Part shown: positions 47,110 to 59,422 of the stretch, piece by piece
Numbering within the stretch: the first letter of the stretch is position 1
How the letters are laid out: every line of letters starts with the position of its first letter
Assembly: GCA_051942205.1 (NCBI GenBank)
Contig: JAVECO010000046.1
Coordinates: 62,001 to 126,000, forward strand
Length of the DNA stretch: 64,000 nucleotides
Reading direction: 5' to 3'
Origin: Coniocarpon cinnabarinum
Taxonomy: Eukaryota
The notes under the pieces: generated by a model
What the model was told of the DNA's origin: nothing
The model's database searches: none
What the model saw: the letters and a program-made list of their open reading frames with translations, nothing else
Program-made: the position numbers and the translations under genes

Positions 47110-47939
47110 CCTGCGAGGATCAGCCATTTGACGGAGAAACAAAAAGGGTGAAGACTCCTGAGAGTCCTGTACGATTATAGGAAGGTTCGCTTAATACACC
47201 CCCATATGAACGCAGCTAATCTGCAGCACCTGGAAACAGCTTTGACGCCTTTGGCTGATTCGTCTTGCGTTTGCGAATGCGGTTGCATTGCTACCTGATC
47301 AGCCAAGATGAGTATAGAATCCGAGCCATTCTCGCCCAAATAACTCGAACCAATCACCGCACAGCCACATCATTTCGAGATTGGCGAGATTGCACAGCTC
47401 ACACTAACCAGCGCTCTCAGTCGGAATCATGGACCATCCCTTAATCGGCATTGTCCGACGGTTTAGGGTTCATGAATTCAAACACAGATTCACATTCCAA
47501 TATCATACTTTCTAACATGATTCGCAAACTATACATGTTAAATCGCAGAGTAAAGTCTCTGAAAGACAGGAGGACTTGTGTAGAGAAATGGCAGAACTCA
47601 TTGAGCGGGAATTCGAGCAGGAAGATCAGAATCAAAGACGTACATATCAGGAAATACAGACGAGGCTCTGTGGAAGATACTGGATCGTGAAGCCTTTGCG
47701 AACTGAGCAAGTTAAATTGTGACGTCGTTATCAAGAATGGTCTGTCGTCACGGTCGTCGAATGATCCTCAACCTCTTGCTTTACTTTTGTGTTTCGTCTT
47801 GAACACGCCATAGACACTCCATAGTTTTTCGTCTTCAATTTAGGCTTCGCTCATGCAACACGTCCGACACTTCAAGACCTAGATTCCAAGAGAAGGCGGT
47901 GTCATGTTAATACAGCACTTCTTTCAATCATCTGCTTTG

Positions 47940-48365
47940 CATCATCTGCTCTCAATTGTCTGCTTAAATGCGCAAAGTCTACGAGATAGATCATTCAATG
48001 CTCTAGATCTATTATCACTTGTTGATGTGATATTTGCTTCTAGTCATTGATTTTACACGACAATCCAGACTCTTTTGTCAATTAGCTAGCATCAATTAGC
48101 TAATGTAAATAAGCTAGTGTTTTACTCGCGTTAAGAGCTTAGCTCATATTTAAGATTAAAGTTTTGTTCTGAGGTGAGTCTGGGTTTGCGAGGTGGATAG
48201 GTTTTTGCCTCTAACGTTAATGCACTTGCTATCGAGGTGAATGCGTTTACACCATAAAGTAAAGGGTATTTGCTACTAAGGTGAGAGTTTTTGCCACTGA
48301 GGTGCATTCATTTGCCGCCTCACCTATCTTCGCCACTTCACCTTCTTGCCACTTCGCCTCCTCAC
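47940..48365. mobile_element. AT-rich relic with an array of degenerate TTTTGCCACT/GAGGTG motifs, a possible DNA-transposon end
   Basis: TpA-rich stretch 47940-48170, then about five (G/A)AGGTG copies followed by inverted CACCT copies; no transposase recognised. Confidence 0.3.
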
Positions 48366-48730
48366 ACTGCAAAGGGCTTCACTCCGTGGGTTACAAAGCT
48401 ATGTGACCCGAGTTTTCTTCTTATCGTAGAAACTCGCCGTCTCGACCAAAACCCACAACGACTTTGATCCGTGACCATTGCGGAACGGCATCAACGGAAC
48501 CAGTCAACGGAAGAAGTCAACGTGATAAATATGATATGTGGATCTTTCGACGAAGAGAAAGTCGAATGATGAAGCTTTTGTATTCAACGTTTCTATGGAG
48601 GTCATGCAATATCAATGCGTAGACAAAAAGCAACATTCTATATGCGTCTATGCCTCTGCACCTATCCACCAGCGCCATGCAATAAGCAATAAACCAACAA
48701 ATCCCCATTCCAGCCCCTCATTCTGATCAG

Positions 48731-51700
48731 CTAATTCTCATCATCCGTATCCGGCGGATGCGGCGTCCCCTTGGGCGAATTCAACCACTCAATATGCCTA
48801 AGCCTCCTCCTCACTTCCCGTTCCTTCATCTCCTTCCTCGTCATTTTCTTCTTCTTCTTCGCTCGGAACTTCAGCTCCCCACCTTCAGCATCGCTATTTG
48901 CGGCGCTCGCACTGGCACTCGCTGCATTCGACACGGGCGCTGACGAAAGCGGCGTCGCACTCCCACTGTCCTCAAAGCGATCGTTCAACACGGCCAGATG
49001 CCCCTTTTGTACTAGTTTCCCCTCATTGACATGCCATTGCTCGGGGCACAGGGCAGAGACAAACTCATCATTATGCGAGATCATGACCACGCCTCCTTTA
49101 TATTCACGAATAGCCACAGCGAGACCACCAATGGAGTCGCGATCCAAGAAATTCGTCGGTTCATCGAGAACGAGTAAATGGGGGTTCGCCCACGCGGCGC
49201 CGGCGAGGACGACTTTGACTTTTTGCCCGCCCGAGAGACCGGAGATGGAGTTGTGATCGGCGATTTCGGGGTCGAGGCCTATATCCTTGAAGTGCTGGGA
49301 GATGACTTTAGGTTCCAGGACGCGGTACCCCAGGCCCTCGCGGGAGGACTCGTGGTCGTCGAATTCTTGAACCAGCTTCGTGAATCCCAGATCCAGCAGT
49401 GTCTCTTTCGAGACCATGCTGTTGTGCTTCGGCAGTTTGTTAACCCACTTGACTTCGTACTGATATGTCTTTTTGTATTTCTGGCGGCCGATCAGGGCTT
49501 CGATTTGGCCTTCAGCGCCGGGGCCGAGTTTGATGTATTTAGCCATTTGCTCTTTCTCTTCGGGGGTGAGGATGCGGGTTTGTTTCATGTGGATTTCGCG
49601 GTCGTCGCCGTTGGCGTAGCGCCATTGCAGGTATTGATTGGGTGTCTTTTCGAGATGCATTTCTACGTGCTCCAAGGCGTGCTGCTTGATGTAGCCGATC
49701 CGGAGATTTGGGTGTTTCTCAACGGTGCCCTTTTGAGGGACGACCTCACCCGTTAGGACCTTGATGAGGGTGGATTTGCCAGCACCGTTGGGACCGATAA
49801 TGGCGACGCGAGAGGAGAGGGAAAGCTGGCAGGAGACGTCGGTGAGGGAGGGCTTGGAGGATCCGGGATATGTGAAGCTGCAAGCGTTCATGCGTAGGAT
49901 TGATCTCGTTTGCGATTTGACACCGCTGAGTATACCGGGAGGGGGAAAGCGGAAGCCAGCGTTGGTGGCGGAAAGGGTGTAGTAGCTCTTGGCTTCAGGT
50001 TTGATCTTGACAAACTCAGAGAGATTGCCACGGTAGGAGCGAAGCTTCTTGCCCGGCTCGTAATGGTAAATATCTGTGCATACTTCGTCCAGGAAGCCAG
50101 AATCATGCGACACGATCAAGCTTGTGATCTCGGTGTGCTTCTTGAGGTATTCTTGCAGCCACTTCACGTTGCCGACGTCGAGATGGTTCGTGGGCTCGTC
50201 AAGCAGCAGCACGTCTGCTCGCATGAGCATTGCTCTCGCCAATGCAAGCTTCATCTTCCATCCACCAGAAAGTGAGCCGACCTTGTGAGACTGTCGACCA
50301 TCTGGACCGCCGTCAAAGCCGACCTCTTCAAGCGTCGACGCGATTCGCGCCTGAGGCTCGTTTGCAAATCGAGGATCTCTAGACAAGTACTCGAGGATGC
50401 TCAAATCGGCATCCTCACCTTGGTTGTGCTCAACAAAGCATGTCTTTACTTCCTCTGGAGGTGGAAAGCCTTCGAGCTTGTTGTCGGCAATGCTCCTCAT
50501 CAAGGTAGACTTGCCCGCTCCATTCCTACCGCAAAGTCCGTACCGATGGCCTTTCAGTAGTCGCAGGTTTGTGTGGCTGAGAAGAAGCATACCGCCATAA
50601 CCAAGAGAGAAGTTGGCGTTGACAATCTCAACCTCGCCGTCATCAGGCTTGACTGGAGCACCAAACTTCCGGTCGTCCTCCTCTTGGTAATGCTCTTGTA
50701 TCTGCTTCCCGACAGTTTCGGCAATTTCCTCCCCAACTAACGACCTCAGATACGGCGCGAGGGACTGGGACACTCGATCAATCTCGCGCTGATTGACATC
50801 CTCAGCTACCAGCTCGGAGATGAACGTCTTGGCAAGCGCTGCAGTATCTGTAGCTTTGGATAATGAAGCTATGTCGATATTGCTGGCTTTTAAATGTTCG
50901 TCGACTAGTCTGGTGACTTCCTCGGGTTTCGTTCTTGCTATGGCTCCACGAGCCACGTTGCCGTCTTGATCCGACATAGCATTGGTCATGACGTCGAGCG
51001 CTCGGGTTGCGATCTCACGCACTTCCGGCAATGAGGCGCGGTCCTTCACTGCTTTGATACCCGGCTGCAACTTTGGCAAGAAAGCGCGAGCTTCAATCGG
51101 ATCGTGGACCAGTTTTGTTAAGTTCTCCACCACAATGGATGTCTGCCGTAAAACCTCTTGTGATGTAGATGGATTGTTGAGCGATCTTTCCAGCAGAGGT
51201 GTTAGAAGCGCAAGGACCGGAGATGTGACGACAGCAACGAAAGTAGTCTGTGACAGAGCGTGAATAGCTTTGGCCAGCGACTCGCTTGAAGGATTTTCCA
51301 TCGACTTCAACAGCAGCGGTATTCGCGGCTCGACGTCGTCGTTTTGTAGGAGCGTGGTCAATGAATTCATGGTCTTGATCGCCGCTTTGCCGACCTCAGC
51401 CTTCAAATCGTGCATGCCGGCCTCGACTGTCGGGATCAACCCTTCTAATCGCTTGCCCATTGCGTCGCGCAAAACGTCTTTGATCTTCTCTTGCTCTGCT
51501 GTACCGGTGCCCAACTTTGCTCTGTCTGCCATTTTTGCGATCATATTGAATGCGCCGACCGTGCCTTGCCATTTTCCAGTCGGCCGACTGAGATAGTCGA
51601 CCAAGACCGGCAACAGTCCAATGGGAAGTGCTTCGGGTTGGAGGTGGTCGAACAGCGCATCGAGGGCGTATTGGGCTCCTTCTCTCACAGTTGAGCCTTT

Positions 51701-52081
51701 GTCTGCCAGTGCATCAAGCGCGACCTGCACAATGTCTGCTCGTGGTCGGAGGAACAAAACCTCGGATATTGGCTGCTTCGAAGGGAATCGCTCTAAGATT
51801 GCTCCCAAAGCAAACATGGCTCCTTCACGTCGTGCGCCGTTCTTCTTGTCGGTCGCAGCTTTCTTGATCGAGTCCAGGATTCCATAACTATCAAGACCTT
51901 CAAAGCCAACTGAATTAAGTATTAGATTCGTAAGCGCGTAGGATGCGTCGAGGGACTCTTGTGATGTTTTGGAAGTATAGATGGTGTTAGAAATGCTATT
52001 GACCTCGTCGACGCTCGGCACATTGTCCGACATCTTGGCGACGATTGCTGGAGCTATGGGAGGAGACTCGTGATGCGGCAT
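48731..52081 (-). CDS. NEW1: ABC-F / eEF3-like protein New1/Elf1
   Basis: HEAT-like N-terminus; two ABC cassettes (GRNGAGKST/LSGGW, GPNGAGKST/LSGGQ); chromo-like insert; C-terminus REVRRRLRHIEWLNSPKGTP, typical of New1/Elf1 rather than eEF3. Confidence 0.9.
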   Translation of the reverse strand: MPHHESPPIAPAIVAKMSDNVPSVDEVNSISNTIYTSKTSQESLDASYALTNLILNSVGFEGLDSYGILDSIKKAATDKKNGARREGAMFALGAILERFPSKQPISEVLFLRPRADIVQVALDALADKGSTVREGAQYALDALFDHLQPEALPIGLLPVLVDYLSRPTGKWQGTVGAFNMIAKMADRAKLGTGTAEQEKIKDVLRDAMGKRLEGLIPTVEAGMHDLKAEVGKAAIKTMNSLTTLLQNDDVEPRIPLLLKSMENPSSESLAKAIHALSQTTFVAVVTSPVLALLTPLLERSLNNPSTSQEVLRQTSIVVENLTKLVHDPIEARAFLPKLQPGIKAVKDRASLPEVREIATRALDVMTNAMSDQDGNVARGAIARTKPEEVTRLVDEHLKASNIDIASLSKATDTAALAKTFISELVAEDVNQREIDRVSQSLAPYLRSLVGEEIAETVGKQIQEHYQEEDDRKFGAPVKPDDGEVEIVNANFSLGYGGMLLLSHTNLRLLKGHRYGLCGRNGAGKSTLMRSIADNKLEGFPPPEEVKTCFVEHNQGEDADLSILEYLSRDPRFANEPQARIASTLEEVGFDGGPDGRQSHKVGSLSGGWKMKLALARAMLMRADVLLLDEPTNHLDVGNVKWLQEYLKKHTEITSLIVSHDSGFLDEVCTDIYHYEPGKKLRSYRGNLSEFVKIKPEAKSYYTLSATNAGFRFPPPGILSGVKSQTRSILRMNACSFTYPGSSKPSLTDVSCQLSLSSRVAIIGPNGAGKSTLIKVLTGEVVPQKGTVEKHPNLRIGYIKQHALEHVEMHLEKTPNQYLQWRYANGDDREIHMKQTRILTPEEKEQMAKYIKLGPGAEGQIEALIGRQKYKKTYQYEVKWVNKLPKHNSMVSKETLLDLGFTKLVQEFDDHESSREGLGYRVLEPKVISQHFKDIGLDPEIADHNSISGLSGGQKVKVVLAGAAWANPHLLVLDEPTNFLDRDSIGGLAVAIREYKGGVVMISHNDEFVSALCPEQWHVNEGKLVQKGHLAVLNDRFEDSGSATPLSSAPVSNAASASASAANSDAEGGELKFRAKKKKKMTRKEMKEREVRRRLRHIEWLNSPKGTPHPPDTDDEN

Positions 52082-53255
52082 GGCTCGTGAGGACTAGGAT
52101 ACAGGGGTCGCGGAAAGGCGGACAATGCCGCAGAGGTTTGTTTGTAATAATGCGGCTCAACGGAAATAACAGAAACAGTAAGGCGGACCAAGGTAAATGG
52201 AAGAAGGCGGCCTCAAAGCCTCACGATGCGGAACAACGCTCAGACGGGGGACGAGGTGCAAGTCTCTCGCGGACACTTTGTGGACCGGAACTTTTTTTTG
52301 GGGAAAAATTTCTTTCACGTGCGCGGCTGATGCTCACTGCGTCAGGGCCCGGAGTTACTCACTCGTATCTCCGTCCTAATGGGTAGCTAGGCACAGGAGG
52401 TGGACGTCTGCATCTCGACCTCTTAAGATTCTTCATCGCTCTATTTGTCATAAAGACGAACCCAGGAGATCATGCGACCCGTGTTGGCTGGTGCGCTTTA
52501 TGTTGGGCGGTACACGCATGCATTTGCATGAATCTTGCAAACATGAATCCGGATAGGACGTCGCAAATTGTGACTAAAGCATCAGTTTATGGTTGTTGCT
52601 ATTGCATCCGTGTTTCAACTCCTTATGAATCCTGATGAGCAGAGCACGCCTGGTGATCACACAGTACAGCGGATCTTGCATGTATCGCATTTCGATTGCA
52701 GCCCAGATGTCGCTACGAATTTCAACTACGCAGAGCGCATTGATCTTGAACTGCTTGTGAGCGTTCCTGTCTCGCTCACTGTCATAAAAAGGTGTCCAGT
52801 CTGACGATCTTCTCGAGGGGAACCTGACTAAGGCGACGACTGACGGGGTGCCTCCGTTGCGGAGGATGTTGGCGACTTCAAGCGTAAAATATTTGGGACT
52901 TGCAGCGAAACGCGAATAGCTTGCCAACAAGTTTCACATCGGGCGTTGGCAGCCAAAAGCGGAATGTTCGCTTCGGTGCAAGATTTTATACTGGTGTCCA
53001 GAGCCCGCTGCCCCTGGTTGCACAACAGGCATCGAGTGAAACAGCTGCACGGCTGACGTGACCTCACAGCTGCTCTGGTGCAATCTGGCCTCGCGGGCTT
53101 TGTGTCGAGTGATTTATAATAAATCGCGAGACATGACAACGCCTCGACCTGGTCCCATGACAGTCTGCACTCCTTTCTTTCTGAACAATTTAACCATTGC
53201 TCAAAAGCATCGTGAAGCCCGAAAATTCTGATACCCATCCTCGTATCCTACTATC

Positions 53256-53698
53256 ATGTCGATGAACGAGCAAGGATACCACTCAACGGAGATGACATAT
53301 ACTTACGGGGGCACCCAGTTTACCATAAGGCTATTGATTGACATGAATGTATACTATCACCACTTGTTTAGCGTGATTTTTCCGGGAACCCATGCGGAGA
53401 GGTTAGAATGGTTTGTAGACAGACTTAAAGAGGGACTGGACAATGATCTGCAAGGCAAATTTAGCGACGGATTCATCAGAAGCCCTTCAGGTTTGCGAGC
53501 CCATTTTTCGTGAGCATTAATTCCATCAATTGAGCACTCTCGTGTTTGCTGATCTTTTCGGAAAAGCAAACTCTTCCTCTCCTTCGGTCACCACGACATC
53601 AGAGTGCATTTGACCGACGCTGATGGCATTGGCGAAGGTGGGCAACGATGGTTAAAGAACGACGGGACTTGGGTGGACCAGTGATCGTCCAAGTAGTC
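53256..53698 (+). CDS. Possible small orphan gene or gene relic
   Basis: 85-aa coding-like ORF with an upstream TATA-like word (~53115), then an intron-like GTTTGC...GCTGAT...AAG segment and a further coding-like stretch (KLFLSFGHHDIRVHLTDADG...) that is not cleanly in frame. Confidence 0.3.
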
Positions 53699-54032
53699 GT
53701 GTCCAGTAAACAGTCAATAGCTTATCTAGTTGTACCGCGAAGCTTACTACTCGCTGGCCAACATATTGCCAAGTTGTTTTGTCAACCTTACAGAATTCAG
53801 CAAATCGAGGTGGCGACCTTAGAAATTTGAAAGATGGGCTTTGGTGCACATTGATTTGCGCCAAAACTGCACACGGTCAATGTCAAGGTTGCAGGCGTTG
53901 GGCGAGGTATTGTCAAGCGTGACGGTTTCTCACCCTGCCCGTCATGTGTCAGAGCTTTGTTCTTCTAGTGGCGTCTCTCTGCAGTAGACTTGGAATGATC
54001 ATGATACGGCGAAAGTCAACGCTCATGGTCTG

Positions 54033-54563
54033 ATGCGGCCGACTGGAGTCTTGTGTTTGTCTGATCTTGCAAGAACTCAGCGCAAAGTCTTGGACTTCAT
54101 TATTCACGGCCGCCCTACTTCGTTCGGAAAGTTCAAATCATTTGCAACTGTCTATAACCCGCACCATGACCCCGAAGTTAACGGCTATCTGGCTATGGCC
54201 GACATTGGATGCATCTTTCGAGATCGGGCGAAGAAAGCGCTCCACGCGCGCCCACGCGATTGTCTGTGGTGGAACTCGGTGATGTCTAAGAAGAAAGGCG
54301 GAAAGGCGTGTGTGAGGAAGCACGCATGCAGACGCGTGGAACATGCATTTATACAAGCTTTACGGCGGGAAGGAATGGACAGGAATGGTCGAAGAGTGTC
54401 AGAGGCTGACGACTCAGCAAAGCAACATGCTGGCTTAGGCGGCAGTCTGAAATTGATACTGGGTGAAAGAGTACTGACGGAGCCTTTCCGAACACTCGAG
54501 GAAGAGACTGGAAAACTGGTGGAGATGCTGTTGCGAAGAAAGAAGCGCCTTGAGCGTTGCTGA
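54033..54563 (+). CDS. Small basic protein resembling bacterial RNase P protein (RnpA fold)
   Basis: WWNSVMSKKKGGKACVRKHACRRVEHAF has the spacing of the RnpA SKK..A..RNR..R....AF motif, followed by a beta strand and a C-terminal amphipathic helix; start codon uncertain. Confidence 0.6.
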   Translation: MRPTGVLCLSDLARTQRKVLDFIIHGRPTSFGKFKSFATVYNPHHDPEVNGYLAMADIGCIFRDRAKKALHARPRDCLWWNSVMSKKKGGKACVRKHACRRVEHAFIQALRREGMDRNGRRVSEADDSAKQHAGLGGSLKLILGERVLTEPFRTLEEETGKLVEMLLRRKKRLERC

Positions 54564-54606
54564 AGCATTCACAGTCCAACGCAACCATGATTGCTTGCGG
54601 CACACA

Positions 54607-55171
54607 CTACAGGGCTTCAAAAGCAAGCAATGATCCGACAAGTGGCAGCAGACCTCGAACTGCATTCAAGACGCGCCACCTCTTGATCAGATTCGTTGTC
54701 TCTTCTGTCGCTTGCGGCGATCCGCCATCCTTCTCGGCCTTAACTCTGGCAGCTTCTTCGCGCGAGTGGAGCGCGTCATTAGTCCCTTTCATGGCGGTGA
54801 GCGTGAACGGCACAATTCCGATAGTGGCCATCGCGGAACCGACCAACATCCACGAGCGATAGGAGGCTTGTGGATGGTAGTGTGTGTATGCACCGCCAAG
54901 CGAAGCGGCTGCAGCAATGAGAGCAAATGGAGGGGCGGTGCTTGCCCCCTGTTTGAACGTGAAGCGCCATTGACGGAGAATATTGGCCTCGTTGGTGTTT
55001 TGCAGGAGAGTGGGTATTCCAATGAGCGAGATACTAAGAATCATACCTGTGCGAGATCACGAATGAGTCATCAGTCGGCGAGGAGGGCTCCAGGAGATGA
55101 GGCTTACCAGACAGCAAGGCTTCTGCAGTAGTTGCAGTGACGAAGAGTGGCTTCGTGAGGTCGTACGGCAT
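54607..55171 (-). CDS. DUF1772 / anthrone-oxygenase-like small membrane protein (2 exons)
   Basis: LLSG|MILSISLIGIP...RQWRFTFKQG...IVPFTLTAMKGTNDAL...LIKRWRVLNAVRGLLPL; GTAAGC..CAG intron near 55047-55107. Confidence 0.85.
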
Positions 55172-55879
55172 GCTTACGGCGTTGCCAGTGGACTCGCAAC
55201 TATGGGTGGATTGCTTTGATCTGTCGCTATGTGAAAGCGTCCAGAAAGGTCTCGAGAAGCACTCTGCACTGGTGAGTCCCGATTGCACAAAACAGAGTGG
55301 TATAGTTGGCCAATGGCAAGAGACGACATTTTGAACAGGACCTGGGCTAGCGTGCTTACTTGCAGCGACCACTGGAAGACCCCTGGGATCCACTCCGACC
55401 GACCCTGCCGCCGGGGGTGGAACTAGACCGTTTCTGACCTCAAGTTTCCAAGTTTAAACTTCGCTCTAGATCTATACCAACGACCCACCTTCCCATTGCT
55501 TTGCTGCAGACGCAATTTGTCCTAGGATATCGCTCCGTCTAGCCGCTGTCCCTTTTCAAGACAAGTGCACAGATCCATGATGGCTGTCGACTGCTGCTGT
55601 CAGCGGCTCGCAACCTCGAAACCATTACCATCTCGGGCTACGGGGGCGATAGGTGGAGCGGCCTTGCGATGCCTAATCTCACCCGCCCTGCCGCACCTGC
55701 GCAACGGCTGCCACCTAAAACATGCGGGCCTAACCTTATCTGGCTGAAAACTCTAGGCTACTTAAGAAGGCTGTTGACGCGCTGCTTGTCCGCCTGGCGT
55801 CGTGATGTGTCTGCAATATCGATCTACTCCCCGGCCACCTGGGAGGCCTCCATGAACGGGTCCCTACCTACCAGAGGCA

Positions 55880-58258
55880 ATGGCAGGTCACCAGGATCCA
55901 AGGGTTGAGCCGGGGTTGCCCAAACACCATCATCATTACCATCTCCCTCATTATCATTTGAGAAAGACCGGCAAACGCCTTGGCCAGTTAATCCACCCCG
56001 CCAATGGCCGCAGGATTCATATCGCCCAAACTCCAGCCGAAGCGGACGTCCTGAGGAAAACCGCCTCTGATAGCGACGAAGACGTCGAGATCTGCATTCA
56101 TGGCAGCGACGAGCATGTGGAGGCTCTCAATTCGATCCGCGCGCACCATGATGAGCAAAGGTCCGAGTTGCGCGAAAAGTATGGTCACATCTTCGAGCAG
56201 GTCGAAGCCGTCTCACTGGAGCTTGAGGCCCTCTCTGAGGTAAGCAAAAAGTGTGCCAGCACATCCAAAGTGGTGGTGAAGGGCTCGACAGATGAACATG
56301 CCCTCCTCGTGCGCAGAAATGAGCTACAGAGTCTTGATTGCGCACCTTTTGGTTGCGCCTAGTCTTCAGACGTGCTAAGGCGCAAGACTTAGGAACTGAA
56401 AATGGTCACTGACCGGTCTGTCCAATTTGACGCCAACCTCAATCGCTTTGGCTATAGCGCTGCCATTCGCACCCATGGCAACATAAGCAATCCCCGTTCC
56501 TCGTCCGTGTCCCTATCCAGCGGCAGAACTGGGCAACAGGCGCTGGATGAGTTCCACGCTCTGAAATTCCAAGGTCAAGCCATGAAGCCCTGGCGAAAGC
56601 CCATTCTCCGACAGTATTTCCATAAGGGGGTTCTGTGGCGTGCCAGTGAAGAAGAGCAAACGGCAAGCTACGAGCTCTTTCTTGACCTGATCTACGTCGG
56701 CATTATTGCAGTCAACGGAGACAACGCTGCCGAGGAAGCTAATGGTTCAGCAATGTTACGCTTTTCACTTACATTCACAATGGGTTGGAAAATTTGGTTT
56801 GATGTTACTCAAATCTGTAATTGGATCGATCAAGACGACATCTGGCGACGGCTTTTCATCCTGGTGGAGCTGGCGTGCTTGGTTGGATTCACGACAAACA
56901 TTACAGAGTACGCCCACGGGACGTACGTGCCCCTAATATCATACTATATTGCAGCTCGCCTCTTCACCGCCATTTACATCCTGATAATATCGATTGCCAT
57001 TCCGATGGTCCGATGGACGAATCGCTTCCATTTAATAACCATCCTCATCCCAATCGCACTCTGGATCGGCAGCGCTTATGTACCCTACCCCCAGGACGAG
57101 ATTCTTATTTGGATAGCCATTGCCATAGATCTCTTTGGCACCATGGGCATTGTCATCTTTCAGCGTTGCCTGCGCAGGTACAAGCTCTCGAGCAATTGGT
57201 TCGAAAAGGCATTTGAGTTCTTCCCGGCTCAGAACATTGAACACCGCATCGACCGGACGGGCGCCTTCGTCACTCTCGTCTTCGGCTACTCGATTGTCTC
57301 GTTACTCTATCTTAATGCCGATCACATCGGCCTCAATGCCTTCCTCGGCAAGGCGCTCCTTTCTCTCGTTCAGGCCTTCTCGCTAAATACGCTCTACTTC
57401 GAAATCGACAGCTTCAATCTTCATATGCACGCCATTCGTCGTTCGTCACACACTGCTATGCTCTGGATGACGATGCATCTTCCTATGATTCTGGCATTCG
57501 TTCTGGCCGGCGCCGCACTCTCTCGCATCGTCCTTACCGATGATGTTTCCGGCACGTCTATCGAAGACCTCGCGGAGTATTCACAAGCCCGCTCCGAGCC
57601 TGAGATCGGCTCGGGACTGCGCTGGTTCTATACGGCGGGTCTGGGCATGGGAATGCTCTTTATGAACATCATCGCGCTAACACATGAGTACCGTGACAAC
57701 CAGAATCGCCCAGGCGCCAAGTATCCTCTCTTGTTCAAGCGGCCGTCACGACTCGTTTACCGCTCTCTTGTTGGATTGGCGCTCATATTCCTTGGGTTTG
57801 CAAAGGATCTCGACTCATTACGCCTCGTCTCAATTACATGCGGCCTCATTGCCTCTTCTTTGTTAGTTGAATGGATCGGCAATGCAATCACAGGCTGTCA
57901 ACGGCATTTGCGACGGCGTTCCTCGAATCTAAGCGGCTCCACGATTGGAGGTGCGATGAGCGGAGACGTCAGCAGTGGAGAGGAGAGCGAGAAGGGCAGT
58001 CCGATGAGGAAATCACATGGCATCCGGGACTGGTGGCGGGCGTTCAAGGCGGAGTGCTGTCGCGAGGGGCATCATCACTATCGGGCAAGATTTCACTCGA
58101 TGAGGCATGATGAGGGATTGGGCATGTGGAAATTCAGGCACGACGATGTTGAAGTCATTAAAGAGAGGGAGAAGGAGGTCGAGGAGGTGGCGACGGAGCT
58201 TGAGAGGAAGGCTACAAGGCTTAAGGCGGAGGCGGCGGGGATTGATGGACTGGGGTGA
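55880..58258 (+). CDS. Low temperature requirement A (LtrA)-family polytopic membrane protein (2 exons)
   Basis: ELFLDLIYVG, NIEHRIDRTGAFVTLVFGYS, WMTMHLP; intron ~56240-56392 (GTAAGC...GCTAAG...TAG). Confidence 0.85.
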
Positions 58259-58634
58259 TTCTCATCGAGCAGAGGCTGTTGGCTGGATTGGAACCATTTT
58301 CAACACGATGCAAGTAGGTCATCTTTGGGCATCCGCAGGCATGCAACATATACTGACGCGTCTGCATGAAGTCGCTTTGTAACTTCTAATGTCGGTTCAG
58401 ACGATGAGGCCTCTGTTTCGCTTGGAAGTGCGCAGCACTCACGGTGCCATGCAATATATGCAATTCACGTTGATTGTCCGAGTAGCTGCTGCTGGTCTTA
58501 AAGGCTTGTGCGCGTGCCTTTTGATATCAAAGTTTTTACCCGGATTCTGTGCGTTGGTGGGACATCGTCTTCCGCATCCTTCTACTCTTCACTCAAACCG
58601 TCGTCTTCGAAACATCCCCTGCTCCACAACATCT

Positions 58635-59422
58635 CTATGCCTTTGCGGATGCTCGTACACTCGCTAGACTCTTCTGGACTTCGTATCGTCGCTGCCAGCA
58701 CGTTAGCACAGACTCTTCATTGACGCCACTTTCGACCTCCTGATGGACTGTCCCGTTTTCACACGCGCTCAAACGACATCCAGCAACCCTGTGACCAAAC
58801 TCATCCCGATACCTATTCCATCACTTTCATTTGCTTCTGCTGCTTTCTTCACCACTCTGACTCCCCCAGAAAGAGACCAAAAAAGAGTAAACTCACCTGC
58901 TTCTTCAACCGCATCACCTTGAACCGCTCAAAATCACTCAACTCCCGCCTCCGGTCCAACCGACCCTTCGTCTGCGCCCAAGCACTCGCCTCCCACTTCT
59001 CCGAGACCTTATGCGCCTCCCACGCCTTTCGCAGTGGACCGGTTCCCGCCGCGCGGGGGAATTTGGGGATCACGATTCCGGTCAGTGTTACGTGGGCGAG
59101 GGGCATGGATTGGCGGGGGAGAAGGGGACGGTTGTTGTGGAGGGTTGGGTTGTCGAGGAGGACCTGTATGAGTATTTGTTAGTCGAGATCTCGTGGATTT
59201 GCTTGGACCGAATGAGGCTGGAAGCGAGTTGCGTTCGATTTGACGTCGTAGGAGGTACAGGGTATTGTAAGCTTGTGAATAGGTGGATTGACGTACTCGT
59301 TTGTGATCCACAATTTCAACAATAGCAGCCAGTTTATTGCGATGCTCGCCCCGGGTGATGAGAACAATGCGACCGACTTCGACCTGGCGCCAGACGGACG
59401 TAATGACTTCGGCGTCGCCCAT
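58635..59422 (-). CDS. RPL14: 60S ribosomal protein L14 (eL14), 3 exons
   Basis: [12 protein letters not shown]...[18 protein letters not shown]...[33 protein letters not shown]; canonical introns. Confidence 0.95.

Noticed and set aside
48731..52081. Calling this gene canonical eEF3 (YEF3)
   Set aside because: The C-terminal REVRRRLRHIEWLNSPKG and the GHRYGLCGRNGAG segment fit New1/Elf1 better.
52500..53240. Cys-rich minus-strand ORFs of 118 and 136 aa
   Set aside because: No recognisable family or splice structure; they lie upstream of NEW1 and may be chance ORFs.
54607..55171. DUF1772 gene as evidence of an anthraquinone cluster
   Set aside because: No PKS or other tailoring genes are nearby, and stand-alone DUF1772 genes are common.
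58692..58896. Intronic snoRNA in the long RPL14 intron 2
   Set aside because: No convincing box C (RTGATGA) and box D (CTGA) pair or H/ACA layout on the sense strand; intron 1 is also negative.
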